Assembly: GCA_024679065.1 (NCBI GenBank)
Contig: JAGIQG010000043.1
Span: forward strand, 1,798,001-1,862,000
Length of the DNA: 64,000 nt
Direction: 5' to 3'
From: Sphyrna mokarran
Taxonomy: Eukaryota
Below, piece by piece: positions 13,275 through 26,979 of the stretch. The notes beneath the pieces are model-generated. The model was not told the origin of the DNA and did not search any database. It saw only the letters and a program-made list of their open reading frames with translations. The first letter of the stretch is position 1; each line of letters starts with the position of its first letter. Made by a program: the position numbers and the translations under genes.

Positions 13275-14289
13275 GATTTCCACTGGGTACTCCAATTTCC
13301 TCGTAAAGCCCGAACGACAAGCTGGTTGCTTGCATTGACGATGCTAAATTCTCCCTCAATGTGCCCGAACAAGTACTGGAGCGTAGCGACTAGGGAATTT
13401 TCACAGTTACAACATTGCAGTCTTCATGCAACCTATTTTTAACGCTAATAAATGAACTTTAACTTTATTTTTTTTATTGCCCATCCCTAGTTGCCTGAGG
13501 GTAGTTGAACATCAGCAATGTTGTTGCGGCTCTGGAGTCACATGCCACCCAAGGACGTCAGATTTCCTTCCCTAAAGCGTGTCAGTGAACATTTACTGAA
13601 CATTTATGTGAGGAAAATGAAACAATCTATCATGAGGAGGGTATTTTCTTTCGCCTGAATATCGGGCCTCAGTTTCTACAATGCAAACACCGATTTTTGC
13701 TGACTGCAATGTATAAGAACAAAGGATAAAACAGCACGGGTAACAAGGCCCTTCTGCCCAACGAGCCCGCGCCGCCACCTCGATGTTCCCGTGTCTATCT
13801 ATGATCCTTGTAATCCTGTCTATGTTTAGAACCAAATTTGAATCAATCTTACCCTCTTTTATTCACCATAAACCTGCCAAGACAAAAATATAAATCTTGC
13901 AGATAAGTATTCTTTGGATATCTTTACACGTTATTTCATCATGTTATGTGACCAGTTTGTTTATGTTGGGTTAATGGCCGCTGGGTGACCTGAGCTCAGT
14001 CCCAGAGAATTATGCCCCTGACAGATACAGTGGAAATTATGACGAGCAATGCAATGGAAAGTGTTACATCATATTGGTTCGGTGTGCAGATGAATTCCGC
14101 ATTCATTTGACACAATGTGGTGATCAACTGTGCGTCACAGCGATGAAGCGATAGCACCTATTCCGGGACCGTTATAGTACAGTAATTGATATGTTTCCAA
14201 CTTCAGCTAAATTTCAATTCATTCTTGGGATGAAAACTTCCTTGGCAAGGGCAGGGTGTATTGTTCTTTCGAAGATGTTGATGTCCAAA

Positions 14290-15060
14290 GAATGGGGTGG
14301 CACAGTGGTCAGCAGGGCTGGATCCCAACGCCAGGGTTCAATTCACATCTTGAGCCACCGTCTGTTTGGAATTTGTACGTTCTCCCCGTCTCTGCGTGGA
14401 TTTCCTCCGGGTGCTCTGGTTTCCAACGATAGTCCAAACATGTGCAGGTTAGATGGATTGGCCATGCTAAATTTCCCCTTAGTGTCAAGGTAGTGTAAAT
14501 GCATGGGGTTAAGGGGATAAAGCTGACGGAGATTGTGTTTGATGCAGACTCGATGGGCCGAATAGCCTCCTTCGGCACTGTAGGGGCTGCATGAATATAA
14601 AATTTGCCAGTTAAGTAGATTTACCATGTCAAATTGCCACTTAGTGCTCAAAAATGTGCAGGATGGGTGGATTGGTCATGCTAAATTGCCCCTTAGTGTC
14701 CAAAGATGCGCAGATTAAGTGGATTGGTCGTGCTAAATTGCCCCTCAGTGTCCAAAAATGTCCAGGTTAAGTGGATTGGCCATGCTAAATTGTCCCATGG
14801 TGTCCAAAAATGTGCATGTCAGGTGGATTGGCCATGTTAAATTGCACTTAGTGTCCAAAGATGTGCGTGTTAGGTGGATTGACCATGCTAAATTGCCTCA
14901 TAATGTCCAAAGATGTGCGGGCTCGATGGATTAACTGTGTTAAATTGCCCTTCAATGTAAGAGAGGCTAGCTAGGGTAAATGCATGGGGTCATGCGGATA
15001 GTTCTGGCGTGGATTTGTGCTCAGTGCAGACACAATGGGAATCCTTCTGCTTTGTAGTGT
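14290..15060 (+). repeat. SINE plus tandem array of a ~52-bp SINE-internal unit
   Basis: Unit ~tgtccaaagatgtgcaggttaggtggattggccatgctaaattgccccttag; starts at 14697 and 14749 are 52 bp apart; ~7 copies. Confidence 0.85.
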
Positions 15061-15619
15061 TCAATGATTGTATGACGTCCGTCCCTTTTAGCCCCTGGCG
15101 TATAAATTGTGTTCGCTTACGTTCATGTTAGGGAGGAAGTGAAGGAACGGTGATATATTTCCAAGTCAGAATGTTCTACAGCTTCGAGGGGCACTTTGAC
15201 ATTTTGGTGTTCCTGTTAATGTGTCCCTGTCACCTGCTGGTAAACTCTCGGTGTTAGAATGTGAACTGGCAGGAATTCAGAAAATATACATTTTCTCCAT
15301 AACTGCGTCGTGTTACCGTGGCTAATCCACCTAACCTACACATTTTTGGACACTAAAGTGCAATTTAGGACGGCCAATCCACCTAACCTGCACATCTTTG
15401 AAAACAAAGGGATAATTTCCCATGGCCAATCCACCTAGCTTGCACATCCCCGGACTGAGGGAGGTAACTGGAGCACGTAGAGGCAACCCACGCAGACAAG
15501 GGGAGAACGTTTAAACTCCACAACGGCATGTCACCCGAGGATAGAACTGAAGCCGGGTCCCAGGCGCTGTGAGACAGCTCTGCTACCTACTGTTCCAGTA
15601 TGCCGTAATGTAATTGTGC

Positions 15620-16546
15620 TCAATCTAATTCATTCTGTAAACAGTTAACACATGGTACCTGATGCAAGCTGCTGAAAATAGAACTGAAAATATAGTGTGA
15701 ATTGCATTGAAATTGTGTCGAAAGTGAATTGCTGCTTTGAGTACAGACAGTACAAACTGCGGTTTCTCTGAGCTGCAGATGAAACGTGTGCGTCTGCTGT
15801 GAATCAGAGGAGGTTCTGCAAATTGTACTCAGCCCTCGGAATGCTTGCAAATAGTTGCCTTTTGAAAAGAATTCTGTAATATGGCTTAATTGTAAACAAA
15901 CATATTGTTTGTTCAGCTAAATCTATCTCGAATGTCCAACTGTCTTGTCGCTGCGGTTTAACTTTGTGTCTCAGCTTCTGATCTCTGGAGGCAGTTGGGT
16001 AGGTGTAGCATCTCAACTGTAAACAAACGAAAAACCACAAAGAGCTGCTGCCTCGGACAATTTTCCATCCTAAGCGTAATGTGATCAGAATCTCGACCAG
16101 CGATTCCTGCTTTGATGTGCTTTGCACACTCCATGAAATGGCTGTGAACGAGGCGACTTTCTTAAGGTCATACCATGCAAGCGTGGCCACAGCCAACGCC
16201 TCTCTGTCTTTCTCTATCTGCTGCCAAGCCTTGCTCTCTGCTGCAAAATCTCATGACTACTTTCCTTGACTTTAACGGTCACAGCTTTTTGCAGAACACT
16301 TCAATCACTCAGGTAGGAGCAACCTCTCTGTTCACTTCCGAACCTGTTGTGACAATAAATTCATCTACTAGAGTCTTCACATTAAGGTGTTTGTATTTCA
16401 CTCTGGTCTCCCAGCTCCGTTCCTCCTCTTATTTTTTAATGTTCCCTGACGGAATAATTGCTACCGACGCTTGCAGAGAAGCTGAGACGTTGAATTTGCG
16501 GTGTCAATTTTTTCATTGAATCCACTGTTTAATGAGTCTCCCAAAA
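15620..16546 (+). promoter_or_regulatory. putative promoter/enhancer upstream of the paralog B leader
   Basis: Non-repetitive and conserved with 49698-50630; E-box CAGATG 15776, RUNX TGCGGTT 15952 and AACCACA 16033, forkhead GTAAACA 16019. Confidence 0.5.
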
Positions 16547-16618
16547 ATGAATGGTTTGATCCACTGGTAGGTTCTAAGTGTTTTCGTTCGGTTAGCGTGG
16601 TGCCTATTGACCTTTGCA
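16547..16618 (+). pseudogene. leader exon of paralog B, inactivated (MNGLIHW*VLSVFVRLAWCLLTFA)
   Basis: Homologous to the gene C leader; TAG at 16568; 72 nt vs 73 nt; gtaagt donor retained. Confidence 0.8.
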
Positions 16619-19479
16619 GTAAGTATCACGAAAAACCATGTTCTAAACTTGATCCGAATTAGGGCTGTGTTTCTCTGAGGCGGCTGATCCTAATGGGATG
16701 GCTAATTGGAACATCAGAATTAATGTTCCTTTAAAAGGCATGATTTTAAGATGTCAACTGATTTCCTGTTTCATAACAAAGTGAATGGCTCTTACTCAAA
16801 ATGCTTCTTACACAACGGGTTTGGATTTTTAACATTTGAACTTTAAGCTCAGTTGTTTGATCCGTAGTTTGAGAATCCAAAAGAGAAAATGCTGGAAAAT
16901 CTCAGAGGTCTTTCAGCATCTGTAAGGAGAGACAGAGAAAAAAGCTGACATTTCGTGCCCAGATGAGCCTTTCTCAAAGGCAAAAGGCATAGAAGGCTTT
17001 GGCAAAGCTAAAAGACATGCCCTATAACTTATACACAGGGTCATCTAGACTCGAAACGTCAGCTCTTTTCTCTCCTCACAATGCTGCCAGACTTGCTGAG
17101 ATTTTTTTCCAGATATTTCTCATTTGGTTTCAGATTCCAGTATCCATATTGACTTCCTTTCATCCGTAGTTCGGGAAAGGTGTGTTTTGGAGGAAAAAAT
17201 GCCTTAAGATTTATTGCTCCAACGGACCCCGTGACAGTCCGGTGGCACAGTGCTTAGCACTACTGCCTCACAGTGCCAGGGACCCGGGTTCAACCTGCGG
17301 CTTGGATGAGTGAAATCTGCACGTTCTCCATGTGTCAGCGGTGTTTCCACCGGCTGCTCCAGTTTCTTCCCACAGTCCAAAAGACATGCTGCCTAGCTGC
17401 ATTGGCCATGCTAACTTCTCCCTCAGTGTACACAAACTGGCGACTCGAAGATTTTCACATTAACTTCATTGCAATGTAAGTCTACTCGTGGCACTAATAA
17501 TAATTTAATCTAACCAAAGAGAATACAGTAATTAAAAGCCTTAAACGCATTTCACAATTAACTGTCTCACTACATTTAACATCGTATCAAAATAAGTTCA
17601 TCCACAATACCCATTCCCGTGGCGGGCATTGGTGTAGTGATATTGTCAGTGGACTAGTAAACCAGAGACCCAGGGGAATGTTCTGGGGGATAAAAGCAAC
17701 ATACTGCGGATGCAGGAATTTGAAACAAAAAAACACAAAATACTGCAAAATCTCAACAGGTCTGATAGCAACTTTGGTCATAGAACAGAGCGAAAGTTTT
17801 GGGTCTCGATGTCCCTTCATCGGAGCTAAGAGCAAGAAGAATTAGCAGAGGTTGATGCGCTTGGGGTAAGGAGGAGGGAGTGTGGAACTGGACAAAGGAA
17901 ATGTGCATGAGGATACAGAAGGCTGGTATCGTGCAAACAGTGTCCATTAAATGATCAAAATGAGAGAATGGCAGAACACAGGTACACATTGCGTGATGAT
18001 TGTGGCAGTTGCACTGAAGGCCGAGGGTGAAGTGGAGGGGGGGAGGTGGGGCTGTGGACAAAAGGAGAATTGGAATAGAGAAGTGGAAACACAGATGTGA
18101 AAAAGAATGACGATGAAATGGATGAATGAGTTTAGATGAAATAGAACAAATTAAATGGAAGTGTTCTGGGGAGCGGGGTTCGAATCACACCATGGTGAAT
18201 TTTGCATTCAATGAAAGATCTGGAATTAAAAGCCTAATGATGATTGTGAAATTGTTGTTGTAAACAGTTGTTGTTTAAAAAAAATGTTGTTGTAACAGTT
18301 TACAACTGTTGTTGTAAAACCCCATCTCGTTCAGTAATTCTCTTTAGAGACGGGAATCTGTCTTTCTTATACGATTTGCCCTGCATGTGACTCCAGATCC
18401 ACAGCAATGTAATTAACTCTTAAATAGCCGATCAACTGAAGAGTGCTTAGGATAAACAGTAAATGCTGGTCCTGTCACTGATGCTCACATCCTGTGAATA
18501 ATAAACAAAAAAAAAAGCCTACAGTCTTTTAAGGTTCACCTGTTACCCATCAACACTGTCCATCACGATATTACTTTCACGAGCACAAAGAAAGAGTAGG
18601 CCTTTTGGCTGTTCAAGCCTGCGCCGTTCAATAATACTACAGCTCATGGCCATACTAAATTCCTCCCTAGTCTCCAGACATGATCAGAACACTTGCTGGG
18701 GGGCAAGTACAGAAGAGATGTTAGAGGTAAGATTTTCACTCAGAGGGTGGTGAGTGAATGGAATCGGTTGCCGTCAGTAGCAGTAGAGGTGAACTAGCTG
18801 GGGTCGTTTAAGAGACTTCTGGATGAGTACATGGGATTTAATAGGATTGGGAGTTACAGATACTTCTATGGCCTGGTAGGTATAGATATGATCGGCACAA
18901 CTTGTGGGCCGAAGGGCCTGTTTGTGCTGTAGTGTTCTATGTTCTATGTTCTAACATTTGTTGCTGGCTTGGAAAAGCAGCCAGCATAATCAGGGACCCC
19001 ACTTATCCCAGATAATATCTCTTTCACTTTCTTCCATCCAGAAGAATATGCAAAAGTCAGAAGACAGGCACCAACCAACACAAAAATCACTTCATCCCTG
19101 CTACCAGTAGACTTTTAATTGGACCTACCTTACATTAAGTTAATCTTTCTCTACACCATCGCTGTCACTCTAACATTATATTCTGCACCCTCTCCTTTCC
19201 TTTCCTACGTACGGTTGCTTTGTCTGCATAGCTTCCAAAAAAAAATTCACTTTACACCCAAAAAAGTGACGACAATAAAACACATCAAATTCCAATTAAC
19301 TTATGTCAGTGAATTGTTCCATTGTAGAAAATATTGACCTCGACCAGCAGGGGACGGCTAGCTCACTAAAATCTGTTCTACAGGAGACCATATTGTCACT
19401 ACTTTCTTTACCCTAACAGAAACAAAGACCGAAAAAATCGTTTTCCATTAGGCTGGCTAATTGACAATAACTTATGTAT

Positions 19480-20150
19480 CAGCCGCATATTAAATGTAAT
19501 TAATTCGTAAGCTTGCCTTGAAGGATTTTTCTGTTGAGTCAGGAAATTTGTAGTGTAATGACAGACTTCAGATCGCAGAAAGCTCCAGATTTTTTGGAGA
19601 ACTTATTAAATTATAGTTACTACAGTGATACAGGAATAAATGTCAAATTCTGACAGCAAGTTCCAAACAAGGCAATGTGTTAACTCCCTCATGATCTCAC
19701 ATAGGCAAGTAGATTCCTTTCCACCGAGATATAATAAACGGCTTTAATTACTACTAACATGTTGTAGAAGCCTACAAGGTTATGAGGGACAGACTGGATA
19801 TTCAGAAACTTCTTTTTTTCCAACCTGCAAGAGTCAATTATGAGGGACACAGGTTTCAGCTGCGAGGGGTAAGGTTTGATGGACATGTACAAGGCAGGTT
19901 TTTTACACAGAGGCTGTTGGGTTCTTTGAACTCGCTGCTTGGAAATAGAGACTATAGCGTCTTTTAAGGGTCCTGTGGACAAGTATATAATAGGATGGAA
20001 ATAGTGGGGTATGGTCTCCTGAATGATAGAGACATTTTGTTCAGAAAGGCAGCATGGTCGGTGCAGGATTGGGCCTGTTCCTGTGCGGTATTTGTTTTTT
20101 GTTCATTGTTCTTTATTCTTTGTAAGTGGGCCCAGCGTGCATTAGAGTAC
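19480..20150 (+). pseudogene. decayed joined-VJ exon of paralog B, interrupted by a CR1 fragment (~19770-20095)
   Basis: Broken frames give VSLP*RI (cf. VNLSCRI), QKAPDFL...YSYYSDTGINVKF and NSLMISHRQVDS (cf. YSLMITDSRINDS); J-like FVSGPSV at 20119 lies at a spacing before the C1 remnant comparable to gene C. Confidence 0.55.
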
Positions 20151-20256
20151 TCTGTCAGCATTCAGTTGTCACTCTGTTCTCTGCTACCAATCCTCTGGAC
20201 TGAGTTATGACGATACCCTCCTCTTAAAAATGCATGTTAATCATGTTTCTTTTTAG

Positions 20257-20615
20257 ATTTTTTCAGGCTGCTCCTATCGTTTTATTGGCACCGTTTTCTC
20301 TGAAGTCAAGGTCTCCAATTGTTACTGAACCAATATATTGGAGATTATGTTATCTGACCTAATGCAGTGTCCTGGGGTTTAATGATCCTTTTGGAATTGC
20401 TGGGTGAAGCATGACTGGCAAGTAGGAGATGTCTGGGGTCAGATTTTTTTTAACCACGGTAAAGCTCAAGTTTTTAGCGTTGCTTTTGCATCTTCCAGGA
20501 TCTGGTGGGAGAAGGCAGTGTGATTCTCTATCTCTCTGCAGAGGCATTTGGAAAGCTCCAGGACTGGAGAGCCTCAGAGATTTAATCCAACATCTACATG
20601 ACCAATACACAACAG
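20257..20615 (+). pseudogene. decayed C1 exon of paralog B
   Basis: GCS-IVLLAP (cf. GSSTIFLLTP) and CSVLGFNDPFGIAG*SMTGK (C1 B-C strand pattern); polypyrimidine acceptor; acag|gttaag donor. Confidence 0.5.
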
Positions 20616-21719
20616 GTTAAGAGGCTGAAAACCCAACATCACGTGGGCACAGTTACTCTTTTTGCCTTGTCTAGGACGGGGTGTATGTTTGTGGGATGAT
20701 GTTTGTTTTGGAATATCACAGATAGCTAGCAATTAACTTTTATATTTTATCACATAAGAACATAAGAAATAGGAACAGGAGTAGGCTATCCAGCCCCTCT
20801 AGCCTGCCCCGCCACTCAATATTATGGCTGATTTGTAGTGGTTCAGTACCACTTTCCCACTTTTCCCCCGTACCCCTTAATTCCCTTGTCAATCAAAAAC
20901 CTATCCACTCTTGACTTTAATATATTCAGCGAGGAAGCCTCCACCACCTTTTCAGGCAGAGAATTCCAAAGATTCACAACCCTTTGCGTGAAGAAACTCC
21001 TCCACAACTATGATCTAAATCACATTTGAATATAATCCATAAAATGTTTATATATATATGTATATATATTGTAACTGTGTTCTTAAATAAAGTTTATTTG
21101 ATAAAATCTTTCGAGTGGGCTGTGTTAATCATTCCTGGACTGAAACATTTAATGCGCGAAATTCAAATGTGAAAACATTGGATTTAGGTTATCTTCACAA
21201 AACTCAGGAGACTCTGGCCTGTGGCATAGCAGATTCTTGACTCCAGAAAATTCTTACTTATTTTCAGCCCCAGAATCATCTTACGCACCATGTGAAGAAA
21301 ATGTTGCCTACACAGCATGTACGGTGGAGCATTGGTTAGGACTGCTTCCTCACAGCGCCAAGGACCTGAGTTCAATTGCCAGCTTGAGTCACTGTCACTG
21401 TCTGTGCAGTTTGCACATTCTCTCTGTGTCTGTCCGGCGTTCCTCTGGGTGCTCCAGTTTCCTCACACATTCCAAATATGAGGGGATTAAGTGGACTGGC
21501 CATTGCTAAATTGCCCCTTAGTGTAAGGGGACTATCTTCGGTCAATGCGTGGGGTAATGGGGATCGAACCTGGGTGCGATTGTTGTCGCTGCAGACTCGA
21601 TGGCACTGTAGGATATTGTAATCTGTAATTTCTCAACTCAAAAGTCCAAGACTTGACTAATCAAACACAGTTCTATTTTAGGGCGTACGATCTGACTCTC
21701 GCATGACACACAGCCTAAT

Positions 21720-22690
21720 TAGAACATAGAACAATACAGCACAAACAGGCTCTTCGGCTCCTGAGTTGCACCGATCACATCTACCAATCCACAGAACTAA
21801 CTATCTATAACCCCCTATCCCATTCGTTTCCATATACTCATCCAGAAGTCTTTTAAAAGACCCCAGCGATTTTGCCTCTACCACCTTCGATAGCAGCCGA
21901 TTCCATTCACTCACCACCCTCTTAGTGAAAAACTTACCCCTAACATCCCCTCTGTATTTGCTTCCCCGCACCTTAAATCTGTGTCCTCTCTTAGTGACCA
22001 TTTCAGCTCGGGGAAATAGTCTCTGAGAGTCCACCCTATCTATTCCTCTCAACATTTTATAAACCTCTATCAGGTCGCCTCTCAACCTACGTCTCTCCAG
22101 TGAGAAGATCCCAGCTCCCTCAACCTATCTTCATAAGGCCTGCCTCCCAATCCAGGCAGCATCCTTGTAAATCTCCTCTGAACCTCTCAATAGCCTCTAC
22201 ATCCTTCCTATAATGAGGCGACCAGAACTGCGCACAATACTCCAACTGGGGTCTGACAAGAGTCTTATAGAGCTGCATCATTACCTCCTGACTCCTAAAC
22301 TCTATTCCTCGATTAATGAAGGCCAGTATACCATACGCCTTCTTGACCACTTCCTCCACCTGCGAGGCCGATTTAAGAGTCCTATGGACCCCGACCCCGA
22401 GATCCTTCTGCTCTACAACACAGCCAAGACTCCTACCCCTTATATTGTACTCCATCATCCCATTATTCCTGTCAAAATGGACCACTACACATTTATCCGC
22501 GTTGAAGTCCATCTGCCACTTCTCCGCCCAGTCTTGCATTTGTCTATGTCCCGCTGCACCTTTTGGCATCCCTCCAGACTGGCCACAGCACCACCGACCT
22601 TTGTATTGTCGGCGAACTTGCTAACCCATCCCTCCACTTCCTCATCCAGGTCATTTGTGAAAATGACAAACAGCAGGGGTCCCAGAACAG
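21720..22690 (-). mobile_element. CR1 LINE 3' fragment (RT C-terminus)
   Basis: ORFs 22485-22787, 22120-22569 and 21801-22085 (SVLGPLLF, KFADN, LEYCAQFWSP). Confidence 0.92.
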
Positions 22691-23027
22691 ATAATTGAAA
22701 CGTTAATACTCTGGCGAGTTTTTTTTTATCATTTTGTTCAAACACAACGTTGATATTACAAAACAGAAGGAATCTGCTCTCTTCCACAATAAAGCAAACT
22801 CTATTATCGAGTCACAGAGTAATAGAGGTTTACAGCATGGAAACAGGCCCTTCGGCCAAACCTGTCATGCCACTTTTTTAACCTCTAAACTAGCCCCAAT
22901 TGCCCGCATTTGGCCTATATCCCTCTATGCCCACCTTACCTATCTAACTATTTAAATGTTAATTTGAAAGACGCAGTTGCACCCACGTCTGGACCCTCTC
23001 CCCTCTCACCTTAAGCCTCTGCCCTTT

Positions 23028-23890
23028 AGAACATAGAACATAGAACATTACAGCACAGAACAGGCCCTTCGGCCTTCGATGTTGCGCCGACCAATATAAA
23101 AAGCAATGCGCCTCCCAACTAAACCATTCTCTTCTCTTCCATATACTTATCAACTAACCTCTTAAACGCCACCAAACTTGGCACATCTACAACTGCTGTA
23201 GGCAGGGCATTCCACTCCAGAACCACCCTTTGGGTAAAGAACCTACCTCTGATATCCGTCCTATAACTATCACCCCTTAATTTAAAGCTGTGTCCCCCTC
23301 GTGCTAGCTTTCTCCATCCTAGGAAAAAGGCTATCACTGTCCACCCTATCTAAACCTCTAATCATCTTATATGTCTCAATTAGGTCCCCTCTTAGTCGCC
23401 TCCTTTCTAACGAAAACAACCTCAAATCCCTCAGCCTCTCCTCATAAGACCTGCCATCCATACCAGGCAACATCCTGGTAAACCTCCTCTGTACCCTCTC
23501 CAATGCCTCCACATCTTTCTTATAATGTGGGGACCAGAACTGCACACAATACTCCAAGTGCGCCGCACTAGAGTTTTGTACAGTTGCAACATGACGTTGC
23601 GGCTCTGAAATTCAATCCCCCTACCAATAAAAGCCAAGACTCCATATGCCTTCTTAACAACTTTATCCACTTGACTGCCTACTTTCAGGGATCTATTGAC
23701 ACATACACCAAGATCCTTCTGTTCCTCAACACTATTAAGAGCCCTACCATTAGCCCGATACTCTACACATTTATTGTTCCTGCCAAAGTGCATTACCTCA
23801 CACTTTTCCACATTAAACTCCATTTGCCACCTCTCGGCCCAGCTCTGCAACTTTTCCAAGTCTGTCTGCAAACTATAACACCCCTCTTCA
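23028..23890 (-). mobile_element. CR1 LINE 3' fragment, same young subfamily as 52455-54230
   Basis: ORFs 23431-23871 and 23282-23557; near-identical 3' UTR/tail to the 52455 copy. Confidence 0.92.
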
Positions 23891-23894
23891 CTAT

Positions 23895-24137
23895 CTCCCC
23901 TACCTTTGGGAAAAGGTATTGACTATCTAGCTTATCTATGCCCCTCATTACTTTGTAGACCTCTATAAGATCACCCCTCAGCCTTCTACGCTCCAGAGAA
24001 GAAAGTCCCAGTTTATCTAGCCTTTCCTTATAATTCAATCCATCAAGTCCCGGTAGCATCCTAGTAAATCTTTTCTGCACTCTTTCTAATTGTAATATCC
24101 TTTCTGTAAAAGAATGATCAGAACTGTGCATGGTATT
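23895..24137 (-). mobile_element. CR1 fragment abutting the paralog B cytoplasmic exon
   Basis: LERVQKRFTRMLPGLDGLNYKERLDKLGL in ORF 23793-24227. Confidence 0.85.
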
Positions 24138-24193
24138 CCGTGAACAGTGATGAGGAACTGACAGAATCCAGAGAACACAAACAGGATATAGAG
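24138..24193 (+). pseudogene. cytoplasmic exon remnant of paralog B (..VNSDEELTESREHKQDIE), acceptor lost
   Basis: ccgtgaacagtgatgaggaactgacagaatccagagaacacaaacaggatatagag|gtgaatga closely matches gene C exon 41346-41404. Confidence 0.85.
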
Positions 24194-24839
24194 GTGAATG
24201 AATAGAATTATTGTGGCTATACCACACGGATACTTTTCATTTTTTTACAAAATCCAAGTTTTAAAATTCAACTAGAACACAGAAAATTCTGGGAAATCTC
24301 AGCAATCCTGGTGGTGTTCGCGGACAGAGAAAGTTTCGAGACCGAATTATATTTCATTAGAGCTACTTTTGCTTTAGTTCATTCGTGGGACATTTGATTT
24401 GATTGGATTTATTATTATCGTATATGTTAGCATGTAGTAAAAATTATTACTTCTTGAGCACAAGACAGACACAGCATACAGTTCATAGAGAAGGGAAGAA
24501 GAGACTACAGAATTCAATATTACAGCTCTAGTTTGGCTGTGGAGAAACATCAACCTAATGCGAGGTAGGTCCATTCAAAAGTCTGATGGCAGCAGGGAGG
24601 AAACTGTTCTTGATACATGACCTAAGACGTTTGTACCTTCTTCCCTAACAGAAGAAGTTGGAAAAGAGTATGTCCAGGGGGCGTGGAGTCCATGATTATG
24701 CTGGCTGCTTTTCCGAGGCGGTGGGAAGTGTAGACCGTATCAATGGATAGGAGGCTGGTTTGCGTGACAGACTGGGCTTTGTTCACAAAGCTTTGTTGTT
24801 TCTTGCGGTCTTGGACAGAGCAGGAGCCATACCGAGCTT

Positions 24840-25580
24840 ACTCATTTTGAAAGCAAAAATGAGAAGGCAGATCACTACATGAATAGTTCTATTTTGGGAG
24901 AGAGGAGTGTTCAGCGGGACGTGGGTGCCTTTGTGCGCTAGTTCCTGAAGTTATTATAGATACAGCACACGATAAAGACGACGAGAGATTTCGATAACAG
25001 GAGCAGGGATGTGTTGTTCGAATCATACGGGGCTTTGGTGAGGCCACCTCTAGCGTACTATGTGCACTTTTAATCTCGTTTTCTGAGGAAGGATGTTCTT
25101 GCTCTCGAGGAAGTGCAGCAGCTGATTCCAGGGATGGTACGGCTGATGTATAAGGAGATATTCACTAGGTTAGGATTGTTTTCGCTGGAGTTCAGACGAA
25201 TGGAATGTCTCATTGAGATTTATAACATTCAAATAAGACTAGACGTAATAGATGCAAAGAGGATATTCCCGATAGTGGGCGAGTTCAGAAGTAGGGACCA
25301 CAGTCTGATGACTCAGGATAGACCATTTAGGACGGAGATGAGGAGATATTTCTTCACTCAAAGAGTAGTGAGCCTGCGGAATTCATTGCCACAAGAAGTA
25401 GTTGATGCCAAAATATTGAATGTATTCAAGATTTTCTTAGATATGGGACAAAGGTTAATGGGAGAAAGCACGATTTAGCGATTGAAGTTGATGATTAGAC
25501 ATGACCGCGATCAATAGTTGAACAGGTTTGAAGGGCTAAATGGCTTTCTCCATGTTCCTAACTTATGTGTTCCTATGTTA
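24840..25580 (+). mobile_element. old CR1 3' fragment
   Basis: ORF 25113-25478 (LGLFSLEFRR, FFTQRVV, NSLP). Confidence 0.8.
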
Positions 25581-26111
25581 TGTGTAAAAGCAGTCAGCAT
25601 AATCAAGGACCCACATATTCGAGAAATACTCTCTTCTTCCATCGAAAAAAAATGTACATAAGACTGAGATTACGTACCAACTGACCCAAGAACTGTTTCT
25701 TCCCTGCTTCCATCAGACTTGGGTGGAACCTATATTTAATTAAGCTGACCTTCCTCTACATCTCTAGCTATGATTGTACCACTGTAATCTAGATCTATTG
25801 CATCCCTTCTCTATGAACAAATGTTTGTCTTTGTAACAATCAAGAAACAAAACTTGTCACTGCAATACATGTGAAAGTAATAAATCAAATCGAAACATTT
25901 CACACAAAGCGGGGCTGAATTCTGGAATACTCGCCACCAAAAAGCGATACAGAGCAATGGGCAATTGAACTGAGACCGATGCATTTGTTGTGGAATGGGT
26001 TAAGGAATTTTCAATGTTGGTGGATTATATGAGTTGAGTTAATAGTCAGCCATGAACAGATGGAAAAGAATAGAGGGACTCAATGCCCTCACCTATTCCT
26101 AAAATGCTGGT

Positions 26112-26620
26112 TTGGATTACACTAACAGATCACTTTTCATTAACAGACACTTTACGCTCGCCTGGCCTTCAACGAGGTTCCAAAACTGTAACTTGAGAGA
26201 AACGAGAGAGAGAGAGAGACAACTCACCGCGTGTTTCCTGCATGTCCTGTGTTACAGAAGCAAGCATCTTGTAGCACGGGGAATTCGGAAAACGCAATGG
26301 GTGCTAATTCAGGCGGACTGGTGACTCAATTTCCGCCCAAAGAAAACATGAATTTTCTCTTCATGACCGCCAGTCTAAGACAGAATAGCCCCTCCAGTGC
26401 AATTTCACCTTTTCATGCTTCTAATTTCTCATGTAATTTTTAGAGTTCTACTCTGCATTTTTTTACTGTAATTATGCAAAGAATAGTTCAAAATATATCT
26501 GTGTCTGAATTATCAAAATATTGAAACAGAACTTCAATACCAATGTAAGGTATTACCAATGCTTCAGAACAAATATGTTTCCATGGGCTTTTCAGCTAAT
26601 TCACAGAGACATTTTTTAGA
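26112..26620. other. non-repeat block conserved with 38640-39160 (possible terminal exon/3' region of genes B and C)
   Basis: Colinear in inverted orientation; shared frame CSTGNSENAMGANSGGLVTQF vs FCKENSESAAGANSDGLGAQY. Confidence 0.5.
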
Positions 26621-26979
26621 GTGAGTGTGTGTGCGTTGCATATGTGATTAAGGACTGACAAGGGATAGGCAATAACTGCTGGCCAAGGAAATTCAATGAA
26701 AACTTTAAGAATTCAGATTTTGTTCAGTAATGCGATGGAGGTTTATTGTATGGAACAGCGTGGGTGGAGTTAAGATACAAATCAGTCAAGACAGGTCTAA
26801 CTTGTCGAATGTCTGAAAGGGCTCCACTTGTCCCAGTGTTCTTGTGGATACAAGAGTGTAAAATATCCCAAGGCAAATTCAGGAATAATGTCACTAGCTT
26901 ATGTCCCCTCGTGACTGATCTTTGAAGTGAGAGGAAAGATTGTTGTTTACCCGTTCTGTCTCTGCTCCCCGTAATAGCA

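Larger units (their letters stand above)
10300..26620 (+). repeat. left arm of an old inverted segmental duplication carrying VJ-C1 paralog B
   Basis: Unique-looking blocks 10300-10420, 13870-14290, 15620-16850, 24138-24400 and 26112-26620 match the reverse complement of ~56540-56660, 51650-52080, 49400-50630, 41150-41400 and 38640-39160, in mirrored order. Confidence 0.8.

Noticed and set aside
15804-16519. ORFs conserved between 15.8-16.5 kb and 49.8-50.4 kb as a protein-coding gene
   Set aside because: Frame-breaking indels between the copies, ORFs on both strands and no domain motifs; better explained as a duplicated upstream regulatory region.
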